Shown: positions 23,614 to 36,868 of the stretch, one piece after another | Layout of the letters: each line of letters starts with the position of its first letter | How positions within the stretch are numbered: position 1 is the first letter of the stretch | From: Lytechinus pictus | Lineage: Eukaryota | NCBI RefSeq assembly: GCF_037042905.1 | Contig: NC_087245.1 | Location: forward strand, 6,636,001 to 6,700,000 | Length of the DNA: 64,000 nt | Direction of reading: 5' to 3' | The notes under the pieces: model-generated | The model's database searches: none | Told to the model about the DNA's origin: nothing | Seen by the model: the letters and a program-made list of their open reading frames with translations, nothing else | Made by a program: the position numbers and the translations under genes

Positions 23614-26055
23614 GTTACCGCAGTGCATTTCCTTGAAGTTCCCAAAATGACATACTAAAAGTCAAGAGAAATCCCGGCCAGTAGTGGAAAGACGTCTAAT
23701 TTGCATAAATCCAAAAAGGCTACCATCACGAGAATTTTCATGATTATTGGTAGTAGTGCACAGACTGATCTGATCCAGAAATTCCAGAAATTATGATTAA
23801 AGCATTAAACTTTCAGCAGTGTTATATCTTTAGGCATCATTTTAATATTGGGATGTTAGTCAGACGTGACCTCTGTTGACCTCTAGAGGTCAATGATCTT
23901 AAATGTCAACGACATTGGAATATCAGAACATTGATGTTTTGCATCATTAGTTCATAAATATGGTTATAATGAAAAAAAACCCCACACATTTAATATTGAT
24001 TTTGAGGTATCCTGGTATTCTAGATGGACTTTTGTGTATGATAAATTTTGATTTTTGACACTGGAGACCTAGCAAAGGTCAATGACCTTAAAATTTCAGG
24101 ATATTGACACTCAACATCACAGGTTAGTGATAAACAGGACTCCCGTGTAAAAATTGCAATACAATTCAGTGTATTTCCATGAAGTCCACAAAATGACATA
24201 TATAGTCCAGAAAAATGCAAGAGGTTGAAAGATGTCTAATTTACATAAATCCAAAAAGGCCTGAGAAGTGTACATGATTATTGGTAATAGTACAAACACT
24301 GGTCTAATCATAACAATAAAAATGGCTGCCATCGTGAGAATCTTTATGATTATTAGTTAGTAGTACAAAGACTGATCTCACCATTACACTTTCAGATATC
24401 ATGATTATAGCATTAAGCTTTCACCAGTGTTATTTAAATATTACCATCGACTTCATTTTAAAGTTAGGATGTTAGTCAGACTTGACCTCTGCTAACCTCT
24501 ACAGGTCAATGAATGACCTTAAGGCCAACGACTTCTAAATATCAGAATATTGATATTTTGCATCGATAGTTCCTGATTAGCATGTTTATTTTGTTGAAAA
24601 ATTGTCGAATGTTCGCTGAACATTCCAAAGAGACATTGGAATATCAGAACATTGATGTTTTGCATCATTAGTTCATAAATATGGTTATAATGAAAAAAAA
24701 CCCCACACATTTAATATTGATTTTGAGGTATCCTGGTATTCTAGATGGACTTTTGTGTATGATAAATTTTGATTTTTGACACTGGAGACCTAGCAAAGGT
24801 CAATGACCTTAAAATTTCAGGATATTGACACTCAACATCACAGGCTAGTGATAAACAGGACTCCCGTGTAAAAATTGCAATACAATTCAGTGTATTTCCA
24901 TGAAGTCCACAAAATGACATATATAGTCCAGAAAAATGCAAGAGGTTGAAAGATGTCTAATTTACATAAATCCAAAAAGGCCTGAGAAGTGTACATGATT
25001 ATTGGTAATAGTACAAACACTGGTCTAATCATAACAATAAAAATGGCTGCCATCGTGAGAATCTTTATGATTATTAGTTAGTAGTACAAAGACTGATCTC
25101 ACCATTACACTTTCAGATATCATGATTATAGCATTAAGCTTTCACCAGTGTTATTTAAATATTACCATCGACTTCATTTTAAAGTTAGGATGTTAGTCAG
25201 ACTTGACCTCTGCTAACCTCTACAGGTCAATGAATGACCTTAAGGCCAACGACTTCTAAATATCAGAATATTGATATTTTGCATCGATAGTTCCTGATTA
25301 GCATGTTTATTTTGTTGAAAAATTGTCGAATGTTCGCTGAACATTCCAAAGAGAATTGATATAAAGTGTAGCAGGCTTTGACTTTTGACATTAAAATGTT
25401 TAAATATTGAAGCTTGGCATCACTGGTTAATGATTAACTGATCGATATTGTGCGGTAATTAACCTTTCACTTTTCTCAGCAGTAAAAAATGTTGAGATCT
25501 GTGATCTTTACCCAAATGATCTGTTGAAAATTAATTACACTGTAATTAATTCTCACAAATACTCTCTGTCATCATCTATGTGGAGCGTCGTGGCCCAGTG
25601 AATTAGTCTCCGGACTTTGAAACAGAGGGTCGTGGGTTCAAATCCCAGCCGTGGCGTAATTTCCTTCAGCAAGGAATTCATCCACAGTGTGCTGCACTCG
25701 ACCCAGGTGAGGTAAACGGGTACCGGCAGGAAGTAATTCCTCAAAAGCTGTGTGCACCGAATAGGTAGCCTAGCTTAGCCGGGTAATAATAGCAGGGCCC
25801 GCTGGGAGAACAGTTTTCGGAACTGAAGTGGCTACCATGGGTAAATATACCTTTATTATTATTATTATTATTAGTAGTAGTAGTAGTATAAAATAGCCTT
25901 GTTTTTATGAACCAATGATGCCAAATATCGATATTCTTATATCTTGAGGTCATTGACCTTTGAAGGCCCTCAGATGTCAAAGGTCAAAACCTTCAATTCT
26001 CACAAATACTCTTTGTCATCATCTATGTTTTTCCCCACTTTGGGAGACTTTCATA
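23614..26055. repeat. Tandem-repeat-bearing element (GGTCAATGACCTT motifs) with a near-identical 721-bp duplication
   Basis: About 23911-24631 is repeated at about 24632-25352 (duplicated ORFs offset by 721); an older diverged unit lies at 23620-23910. Confidence 0.75.
25582..25889 (+). mobile_element. tRNA-derived SINE
   Basis: A box GTGGCCCAGTG, B box GGTTCAAATCC, core GCACTCGACCCAGGTG..GGGTACC, (ATT/AGT)n tail. Confidence 0.85.
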
Positions 26056-26059
26056 TTTC

Positions 26060-26914
26060 CCTATCTAGATTGTAACCTGGGGTAGTTGCTCTTTAGAAGG
26101 GAGATGTATCCTACCATGATGCTGGTTGACACTGCACTTTCTCTTCCCATAATTGACACTTAGCCACTTAGTCATATATGGTGACTCTGCCAGAAGTTTA
26201 ACAGAAGATGTTGCGTTTATCAATTCTATGTTGGAAAAACTAAAATCTAGGAAACGTATTTTACATTCTGTTTTCAGAATACCGCCCCAGGAGCAGTTGG
26301 TCAGTTCCGGAGGTTATTATAGATCCTCACTTTCCCGGCCTTCACTCTTAATGTGTTGCGTAAATGACAATTGGCTGATCAATGGTAACACCAAGATAAA
26401 TTGCGTGGTAACAGTGCTCGAAGAATCATGTTTTGAGTTTCCTCCAAAAATGTGGATTGCGGGGATGAAACAAGCTAACCTAACTTGTTCTTGATGGAGT
26501 TTGAAGAACACTGGAGCAAGAACACTACCTTGAGAGAGTCAATTATTTTGAATTCTTCACCTGCTTGTCTTTCTGTACTTGAGCTCCATAAAGAAATGTC
26601 GGTTTTCTGGTAGAAGTCTGATGAGTTTGGTCAGATGAATGTCTTCAACGTGTAAATCAGTTATATGAGTTGACCACAGTGTCAGATGCAAAATTATCTA
26701 AACCCGTTGGTTAGTTACCTTCGAAACCATCTGCAGTGAAATGAACATCGCTTGTAAAGTATTTCCCAAGGCAAAAATTTGCCTGTTTAGGAATAGGGTG
26801 TTGTTCTGTAATGGGACCATCTTTTGTTCCAGATTAGATGCTCAAGTAGCTTGTAACGATGTCAGAGTCGGGAGATAGGCCTGAACATTTCAGGCACATT
26901 TGGATCTTTCCCAG
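26060..26914 (-). mobile_element. Decayed LINE RT (Ingi/Vingi-like)
   Basis: Minus strand GKDPNVPEMFRPISRL*HRYKLLEHLI..DGFEG..HLTKLIRLL.ENRHFFMEL..LSQGSVLAPVFF. Confidence 0.7.
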
Positions 26915-27890
26915 CAGTGGCGTAACAGGCAGGGGGCCGGCAAGCTGCCCCCTGGCGGATTTCACCGGGAAAATAAAAAACGGGAAAAGAGAACAGGGAA
27001 AAAGAGAGAAAAGGAAAGAAAGAAAGACAAAGAGGAAATGGAAAAAAGGGAAAAGGGGAAGGGAAAAATGAAAAGAAAGGGAAAAAAAGGGGAAATGGAA
27101 AGAAAGCGGGAAAAGGAAGGAGAGAAGAACATGTGAGGAAGTACAAAATATCCTGAAATACTAATACATTAGCATTAGCATGATTAGCAAGAGAGGGATA
27201 TATGAAATCAAAATATATGACTCAATGGTACGGGCAAGAATGGCGGAAAAAAATAATGGAAGAAAGAGGCAACTGAAAGAAACGGGAAATAATTAAAGGT
27301 AGAGCCAAAAGCTAAATTAGAAAATCAGAATTTGAAGAAAAGGGACAAGAAAATAAAGAACTTAATATCACGAACTTGCTGCCGAGGATTGAAAATATAA
27401 AGAACGGGAAGAAAGGTAGATGGCGTCTATTATAAGCTTACTAACTTTTATGCAATAATGGTCGCAATCACTGGACAAAAAATGCTTAGCCAAGGGCTAG
27501 TTATATCCCCCTATATTATGTCTTAAAGTAAGTAAAGCTTTTCGAGGGGCTTTACGCTGGCTAGATTTACCGTAAAATACATTTTAATGTTTACTTTGGC
27601 TAAATTAGAATTTAGTTTCAAAATCGTTTTAAAAGGCAAATTTTTTTCTGGCTTGCTTTAAATGTTTCCACATTTTCTATGTTGTGCTGCCTCATCCGCA
27701 ACTACGTTGATTTATATGTGTTGTGTATGTACCCGCGATTTGATAAAAAAAGTGGCCATCTGCGATGTTTAAAAATATCACGAGGTTCCGGAGGCTCCGC
27801 CCCAGACCAGTGGCGGCACCAGGGGGGGGGGGGGGCACGGGGGTTGCCCCCAGTGAGTTGGCCCCCCGAAATTTTGAAGAAAAAAATATA
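26915..27890. mobile_element. CAGTGGCG-headed GC-rich repeats with a purine-rich tract
   Basis: CAGTGGCG heads at about 26915 and 27808; A/G-only tract at about 26968-27130. Confidence 0.45.
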
Positions 27891-28385
27891 GATAGTAAAT
27901 GTTGCCATAAGCTTTACAACAACATTGATGGTATTGATGGTCCTTTTGGACCTATATGCAGCATTGATACTGTAGATCATAATACTTCGATATCACACTT
28001 GTCCCGCAGAATTGGGGTGAGATCCATTGTTTTGACCTGGTCATATGTCATAAACTAAGTGGTACGTCCTCTCAAGCTGAAATATCGGGGAAACTATCCA
28101 AACACCAAATTTCTAACTTTGGAACTACCACAAGGCTCGGCTATTGGTCCTGTATAGGTTACTTCTGGTGGATGACATAGCAAGACATTACGCTATTATG
28201 TAGTTATCATCTCTACGCAGATGATACTCAGTTATATATATCTTTTGACCCTATAAAACTGCAGGAGACCTTGAAAATACCCTTGATAAACTACAGTAAT
28301 GCATACTTGACATCAAACAGTGGATGACGGTCTAAACAAATTAAAGCTGAACGACTAAAAACTTAATTTTCCATAGCTACCTCCC
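27890..28385 (+). mobile_element. L2-like LINE RT fragment
   Basis: VLLDLYAA.DTVDH..; PQGSAIGP; YHLYADDTQLYISFDP; CILDIKQWM..KLKLND. Confidence 0.75.
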
Positions 28386-28424
28386 CGAAAAGCGCGTTAT
28401 AAATATTGGGTATCATTATTATTG

Positions 28425-28985
28425 TAATTATTATTTATTTATATATTCATTTCCACATAAAAACAAATTATAAAACATGTTATAACAATCAATAATATTA
28501 CACGATGTGGGGGAGTCACCAGAAGCTAAACTGCTTGTCACTCGGAGATACTCATATAGTAAGAAAACAAAAACAATACAAGCAATGCTCCTTGCATTAT
28601 ATCAATAGTACATATTAATTCGTACAAATTATTATATAGTAAAAACAATAAAGGTGGATGACATTTATCTTTATTATGAGTATTGTAGGTATGTACATCT
28701 TTACGAAGTAAAAAGAACGACTCAAATGCTTTGGGAAGAATATTGTAACAGCGATAAATAAAAAATAGCAATATTATACTGAAACATTTTATGAATTGGT
28801 AGTTTATTTTGGGGGGGGGGGTTAATAAGGGTGTGGTATAAGGCAAATATTCAGGGTGAGTAATTATACGAATAGCCTGCTTGTGTAAGATATATGAACG
28901 ATTTAAACTAGTTTTACGAGCAAATTCCCAAACCACATTACATTAAGACAAGTGTGATGGCAATGAGTGATACAAGACCTGAAGG
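28425..28985 (-). mobile_element. LINE 3' fragment (ORF2 C-terminus, 3' stem-loop and tail)
   Basis: VW..LHKQAIRII..Y..TTPL..LPKAF..F..VHTYNT; A-rich tail toward 28425. Confidence 0.7.
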
Positions 28986-28992
28986 TCCTTCA

Positions 28993-29562
28993 AGGGATGG
29001 TCCGGGCTGAAAATATTTATATCTTAATACATAGTAGAATTCACTGAGCAAAATGCCGAAAATTTCATCAAAATCGGATAACAAATAATAAAGTTATTGA
29101 AGTTTAAAGTTTTGCAATATTTTGTGAAAACAGTCGTCATGAATATTCATTAGGTGGGCTGATGATGTCACATCTCCACTTTCCGTTTTCTTGTGTTATT
29201 ACATAAAATCATATTTTTTTCATTATTTCATACTTGTGTGAATAATATGTCTCCCTTATAATGAAATAAGTTGCATCAATAAATAAATATCAGTTGTCAT
29301 TCCAATTTTTCTACTTCTTGGAGGAAACAATTTGAATAAACCTCATTCCATATAATAAAATACAAAAGAACAAGTGGAGATGTAACATCATCAGCCCACC
29401 TAATGAATATTCATGACGACTGTTTTCCCCAAATATTGCTAAACTTTAAAATTCAATAACTTTGTTATTTGTTATCCGATTTTGATGAAATTTTTGGCAT
29501 TTTGCTCAGTGAATTCTACTCTATTCATTAAGCTATAAATACTTTCAGCCCGGACCATCCCT
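28993..29562. mobile_element. Palindromic TTAA-targeting MITE (Kolobok-like)
   Basis: TTCA|AGGGATGGTCCGGGCTGAA ... TTCAGCCCGGACCATCCCT|TTAA; arms are inverted for about 200 bp. Confidence 0.85.
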
Positions 29563-29733
29563 TTAATGTCTTTCAGTGATACTGCCATGGGCGTGAAAAA
29601 AGAGAGATTTTATCATTTTTTTTATTTTACCTTATCTCATGCATTTTACTTATGATTTATTAATCAATTTGTATTTCAGTGAATAAAGTAAGCATCGTCC
29701 ACCTGTTCGTTCACTCGACGTGCTGGTCAAACG

Positions 29734-30048
29734 ATGTCAGGTGACGTGTTTCACCATGGACACACCTCACAGGTAGCTTTATCTGAGCAGGATGAACTCG
29801 ACATCGAACGAGGTAAATCATCCGATCCTCTTCCTTCATCGACGTCAAAGACGGCCTCTTCACCTATCCAGCTCTCTGAGATCAATGCTGCACCACGTGA
29901 CGGGTACGATAGCGTGAACGGAGTCGTGGTTGATGATGTTTCACCTGATCTTGATTGTGGATGGTTTAGTTGTCGACCTGGGTGGTTACAGCACCTAAGA
30001 AAGCCACCTTTTCTTCTAGTTTCTCTTTGCTTCGCAACCATTCTCCAA
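29734..30048 (+). CDS. SLCO copy 1 coding exon 1
   Basis: ATG at 29734 after an acceptor at 29679; CGWFSCRPGWLQ..PPFLLV..LQ|gtatgt. Confidence 0.85.
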
Positions 30049-32078
30049 GTATGTTTGACATTATATGTTTTATATAACAATTTGAGATGCTGTACCCTAT
30101 ACTCATTTGCATACTAAGTTGAAGATCTGCTTATAAATTCAGTATTATTATCTTATTATGTTCATTTCAAATCATATGTCCATTTATCCCCCTCAACATA
30201 GTCATATCCAGATTTCTCACATGCATATGTTTGTTCCTCGTTGACCTTTTAGATCACGTACCCCTTTGTGCTAACCGCAATGTAATAATGCGCCAAGGCA
30301 AACAAACATTCATTGCACATATACCAATAAAACATGTTTTACCACCACAAAACAGTCTTTCTTTAGAAGTTTTATTATTCATGACATTGCAACCTAAAGC
30401 CCGTCGTATACTGCGTGATCTTTTGCGATCCGATTGTCAAAGTCCGTCTATTTCGAGCCTCATATGCACATGCTGTATAAAAGCATACTCGATTCCAAAT
30501 CGTAATGACGTCATCTTCGGCTGCTACGACTCCGGCCTCAAGCGTGACAAGAATTGTAGCAAAGCAGATCTCTGATTTTAGTATAATTAGTAATATGCCT
30601 TACTTGTAACACGATCATTTTAGTTATTGGAACTTTAACTTTATGCCAAATGCAATTTGTTGAAAAATACAAATACAGTATTGTCAGATTGGTTTAAAGG
30701 TTTAGCACTTGGCGTTAGCACAATTAGCTTTAGCACAATTAGCTTCCCCTTGTGTTATATAGTCAGAATTCTGAACTCCCACGAGTCCCCCCCACGCTAT
30801 ATTGATCTTTCATATGGTTTTAAATTGTATTTATGAGATTCAACCAATACCTTTTTATTTCTTTATTATTTGAATTATCAATGGAGGCTGGATACCCCGT
30901 TCACTGCATTTTGTTACCGACTTATCGTCTACTTTAGTATGCCATTAAATAAGTAGAGCGTTGTGGCCCAGTGGATTAGTCTCCAGACTTTGAAATAGAG
31001 GGTCGTGGGTTCGAATCCCAGCCATGGCGTAATTTCCTTCGGAAAGAAATTTATCCACATTGTGCTGCACTCGACCCAGGTGAGGTGAATGCATGGGTAC
31101 CCGGTAGGATTTTTCCTTGAACGCTTTAGCGCCAATTAATATGGCGGCTCAGCTACAGCCGGGGTAATAATATGAAACAAAGTATCAAAGCGCATGCAGT
31201 TGAGTATATGCACATAGTAACTGCGCTATATAAATGGACATATTATTATTTATTATTATTAAAACTTAACATTACCCATGCCCTCATTTCATTATTAGGC
31301 CGACTCTTATATATTATAATTATCATCATGATTAGTATCACTTAAAAAAACAATTATCTATATGGTAGTGTAGACCTATTAGAAGAAAGCCATCTGGATG
31401 TCGGGAAATAAACAGATCAACTTTATAACTACACCCAATGATCTTATAACTACACCCAATGATCTTATTTTTAAACGATAATTATTCTAATGTGAGTCTC
31501 ACTTTCTCTTTTGTTTACCCCCCCCCCCCCTCTCTCCCGTTCTACTCCCTACCAACTTATTATTTTTGTATCCAGGGTATGATAGTAAACGGTTTTACCC
31601 CCAGCTCTATCACATCGATAGAACGTCGCTTTCTCCTTTCCAGTCAGAGCACGGGTATTCTCGTCAGCGTTTACGATTTTACCAACATCATCTTCGTGCT
31701 CTTTGTAGTGTACGTAGGAGGGCGTGGTCATAAGATCCGATGGGTGGGCGTTGGCTGTGTTCTGATTGGTGTATCCGGTATTCTCTACGCTCTACCCCAT
31801 TTTACAACTCCACCTTACTCCTATGTGGATGCTATCAGCAGTGGTAATAATGGATCCTCTAGTAGTGGGGTGTGTAACCGCGATGGAAGTGGAGAGGATG
31901 ACGCATGTTCGTCGAGTGGTGGTTCGGAATCGAACCTATCAAACTATATCTACCTGTTCTGTGCAGCACAGGTGGTTGCCGGAATAGGATCCCTGCCTCT
32001 GTACTCGTTGGGTCTTACTGCTATGGACGAATCTATATCGAGCAAGGCGTATGGACCTTACTTCGGTAAATACGATGT

Positions 32079-32115
<37 letters not shown>

Positions 32116-35100
32116 TTGGGGGTATAAAGAAATATCCTCAAGCCAATGTTACAGATCCGGGTAAAAACCACCGTCTCATCACCCACAGGAGCCACGGTGG
32201 GGCCGCAGAACCGAGGAGGCTGAGAGGAATTACTGTTTAAAATGTAAAGAAAACGTAAAAAATTACCATTGTATTTGTTGCATGGTCTGTCCACTTTAAA
32301 ACGTTTCCACGGCCCCTACCCTGCCAAAAAAATGATGAAAAGAGATCATTGAATTAGTGAAAGGTTACCTTGTACTATACTCTATTAAAAATTGTATTTT
32401 CTCCTTTTTTTTATATTAACCAAAATATCAATCAGTTTAACGAAAGCTATGTTATTTTGATTTCTTGCAGGGACGTTTTACGCATGTATTGTTCTTGGAC
32501 CTGGTCTAGGATTCATCTTATCCGGTTCATTTTTAGACATTTTCACAGAGATAACCATTCCTGAGGGGTAAGTATTCGTATTCTAACTTAAAATTAAAAA
32601 CGAAAATGGGATGCAGGGCCCTTGGAACGATTTTTTTTTGTTCACTATAGGAGTGCTGATGTAAATTTAAAAAGCCAAAAAAAAAGGAAAGAAAAGAATT
32701 TCACTTCAAAATGGAGGTCAAATTGGTCACGAGAAATTTTTAAAGCAGAAAAAAAAAGTTTCAAAAAAATGCAGGTCATTTTGGTTACAATTTTCAATTT
32801 TTACGCACCTTCCAGAATACCTAGGGGTGCTGCCTTAATACACGCACACCCCATCATCCCCGATTGCAAGGGCCATGGTGGGATGGAGAACAAACAGTAC
32901 TTGTGTATTGGTGAAATTCCAGGGGCGCCGGGCGCCGAGTTTCTTCGAGAAAAGAAATGTTACGCATATCTCACAATTCGGAAAAATGTGCAACGGCTCT
33001 AGTTGCCGCCGAAAATTTTGTGACATGAGCACCTCCCCTCAAACTTGAAAGATGATCCCTCCCTATAGGTTGTTAGCTCCATCCCCATCAAAAATTTACT
33101 CCGGTGCGCCTAGGTAAAAAAAAAAAAGATTTGAGAGGATGTTATAAATACAGCGAGAATAAGCAATGAGACGTAGCCGGGGTTCAGTTCATCAAGTTTA
33201 ATCACAAGCTCGCTGTATTTATAGCATCCTCTCAAATATATACTCAAAAACATCGTCGCAATGTATAGGTCCCTGCCTCTCACGATTATAAATATATATA
33301 TATATATATAGGGGATTGCGGGTGAACACTAACTTGCTATCGGGTTCCGAGGTGGATCAGCTCAATGTTAGCTGCAATATGGGTATCTAAATGTCATACA
33401 ATAATAATCACCAGGTGAAGTCTTTATTGTACAGAGCTCGTTGATGATATGAATAATATATATATATATATATAATGGTATTTGATTTCGAAAATAATCG
33501 CGAAATGTTACATCTGGTCGGTTGATCATTGCCTAAATTCGGCTCTTCCAAATCGTTAACATGTCTTCTCATCTCCCCCTCTCCCCGTTTCTGTCTCTCT
33601 GTCTGCTGCACCCCCCCCCCCCGCTCCTTTTCTATCCATATTTTACAGTGTAATGTTATCACCGTCTGATCCAGGTTGGATAGGAGCTTGGTGGCTAGGA
33701 TTCATCATAGTTGGTTGCATCATAATCCTCTTGATTATACCCTTCAGTCTCTTCCCAAAAGAGTTTCCAAGTATATATATCAACCTTTCAATGCTATTAA
33801 TGTTTTACTGATGATGATGATGAATATAATACAATATAAGTTTGGTAAAAAAGAAAAAACCAAAGGCCACTTTAACATAACCTAATATTTTATTGATTTC
33901 CTACGACTTTTCGGCCTTATTATCTTTCCGTCCTTATTATCTTTCCGTACCACAAATCCGTGTGTCTGTACAAGGACGCTCTCAGCAACACATTTTCGCA
34001 CACCGCATCGGTGCAGAAACGCCTTTACGCATTGCACATGCGTGGTGCTAAGGGTGTTTTTGCGCGCATGCGGTGCTCGAAAGAGTTTGGTGTTTAGGAC
34101 GCTCTTGCACCGACACGACGCCTTTTTATTCTTTTTAGTCTGTAAAGGTCTCAAGACTTTTGATTGTACAGGCCCTATTTTGTTAAAGGTCTCGACTGAG
34201 TTTTTATGAAAAAGTATAAACATTTTTTTTTATTAAGTTCTTGCCTATATTAGGATCCGCACCCGCAACCTTGCCATTGTAAGCGCAAGAGAAAAGAAAT
34301 AAAGGAAAATGAAGAAGAAGAAGAAGAAGAAAAAGGAGAAGAAGAAGAAGAATAAGAGTTCCAAGCATAGAAAACGTAGGCTTATCTTTATATATATATA
34401 TTTAAACTTATTTTTCATCAATGAAAATAATTCCACACAGCTACTGCTAGGATCCGGGCAGAGAAATCTGTCGAAGCTCATGCCAATTCCGGTTTGGACA
34501 TAACAACACGAGCCGGTTTTGGAGAGCGACCGTCAGACCTTTTGAGGGCGCTTCGCTACCTGTTGACCAACCCTACCTTTGTGTTCACGTGTTTGGGAGG
34601 GGTAGCTGATGCCCTCCTCATTAATGGGTTCAATGCTTTCCTGCCAAAGGTCTTCGAGAATCAGTTCTCTTTGTCAGCTGGATTTGCTACGATAGTGACA
34701 GGTCTGTGTAACTATATATTTAGCGTACTATAGAATTTTAGAAGTGGAGATCCCGAGGGAACTTTGAAGCAAGATGAGGAAAAAAATATTTAAAAAAAGA
34801 AAAAGGGGGGGTTGAAGGAAAGAAAGAAGATGGAGATGAAGGAGGAGAAAAATAAAGAGGTAAAAGAAGAGGCAGAACAAGGAGGATAATGCAAGAGGGA
34901 ATTAAGAATAAGAAGAAGCAGACAGAGAAGAAGAAAGTGTTGATAAATTATGTTTACTGAGTCATTGATCCTTTCATTCTTACAGACAATTTTTAAAATG
35001 GTAAAATCAAATACGAAATCGGTAATAAAGTGAGTATAATGACGATTATCCCGGTATACAATTACAATTTTCTAATATACAGATTACCGGTCATAAAAAC

Positions 35101-36836
35101 TATGAATGTTGATATCTATTTCAAAGTTATTTTTGTCTGATGACCTTCATCTGTTTTTTTTTTACCGTAGGTGTCCTGAGTATCTTTGGAGGGTTTTTCG
35201 GCTCCCTGTCCGCTGGGTTCGTACTCAGGCGTTTCAATCTGAAGATCCGAGGCTTACTCAAACTCATAGCAGCAGCAAACTTTATTTCAGGATTGTTAAC
35301 TTTCATCTTTCTTTGGCATTGCCCCCAGCAGAATCTAGCTGGTGTTACAGAGCCATATACCAACACGATAGGGTAAATATCTAGTGATTTCCACATTAAT
35401 TGTACCTTTTTAGAAGCAATGGTCTGGGGTGTCAGAGACCGTAGAGAGGAAGGGGTGATGCCGGGGGTGATGAAGACAGAATGAATAGAAGAATGAGAGA
35501 GCAGGGGGGGGGGTAGAGAGGGTGTTTCTTTGCACTGACATTACACTTCATTTTTCCTAATAAAGTGCCAGTTTGTATACACTTATAAACAATAATGCAA
35601 CCTTGTAGTTTTATCAACATGCAACCAGGGCAAATGCTTCAAGAAAGAAGGAACCCAGTCATGCTTCCACGCTAGCTTTCAACATGTTCAAGAAGATCCT
35701 GGCGGCACGACATTTATACAGACGGAAATTGAAAGATTCAAGGAATGGAGTAGGATGGCTTATTTTTTATGTTGCAAGCGTCTGTAAAATGTTAAAGAAT
35801 AATGACGTTAATGGATATCGTTAGTTAACAAATATTTGAATTCTTGATATTTTATGTAGTTAACAAAGTGCAATTCTTGGCTGATATCAATAAATTTGAT
35901 TAAAGGGAGAACATGGCTCGGTATACAATGAACACAACCCTCCTAACTATCATCATGAGCAATTCTGCTAATGCTTATAAATCCCTCTCAACAATGAAAG
36001 TTTGCATATCTGTTTATTATATTACAGAAACACCGGAACAAACTTGACATCTGAGTGCAATTCTGACTGCTCCTGTGCCGTGGAACAGTTTCTCCCAGTA
36101 TGTGGTGGAAATGGTATCAACTATTTCACACCTTGCCATGCAGGATGTGATGTTAATTCTGGAAATGGGGTAAGGACAGTTCCGATACTTGCTAACATAA
36201 AATGTGCACGAATGTGTTATTTTGAAATGATCAATCAATATAGGATCTATTTTACACCTCAGTTGAGCTAGATAGACAGACGTGATGATACAGATGAAGG
36301 GTGGAATTGATTTATCTTTATATCAATGACAGATGGAAAAAGGGTATTTTTTTAAAGAAATAATATCGACTTGTTAAGGTCTGTGACGATTGAAAGTTGT
36401 AGAAGTCAAGTGATTAGGATATAACGTAAAAAGTAAAAGGTGGATGGTCTACACTTGGACTGGAATATACAATATAGGCCTATTTCACAAGCTTGATTTC
36501 AGCATATACGTTTGCTCTTTACTTGGTCATTACTTCCTGTTGGGCCAATCTACATCACCTTATACATGTTATAGCATCGTTTCCTATCATTTAATCATTC
36601 TTATTTGGGTGGGTACAAACTTTTTTACTTGATATGTTTATTATTTGCCCTTTTTTTATTTGATTTATTTATTTCCACATTCCATTAACAAAAGTATATA
36701 CAAGTGTAATCATTTTTTTCTCAGCATAACAACAAATGACATAATGAACAACATATGCACACATACGTTCTAACAATCTAATTGAATATATTTATACCTG
36801 ATTAATTTTTTTTTTTCATTATTAAAACAAAAGCAG

Positions 36837-36868
<32 letters not shown>

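Noticed and set aside
24020..25053. Pairs of identical short ORFs resembling duplicated small genes
   Set aside because: By-product of the 721-bp tandem duplication of a repeat.
25582..25660. Functional tRNA gene at the SINE heads (also 30955 and 43158)
   Set aside because: The acceptor and anticodon stems do not pair, and each head runs on into a SINE core and tail.
26859..27146. K/R/E-rich and F/P-rich ORFs
   Set aside because: Purine-only low-complexity tract inside a repeat.
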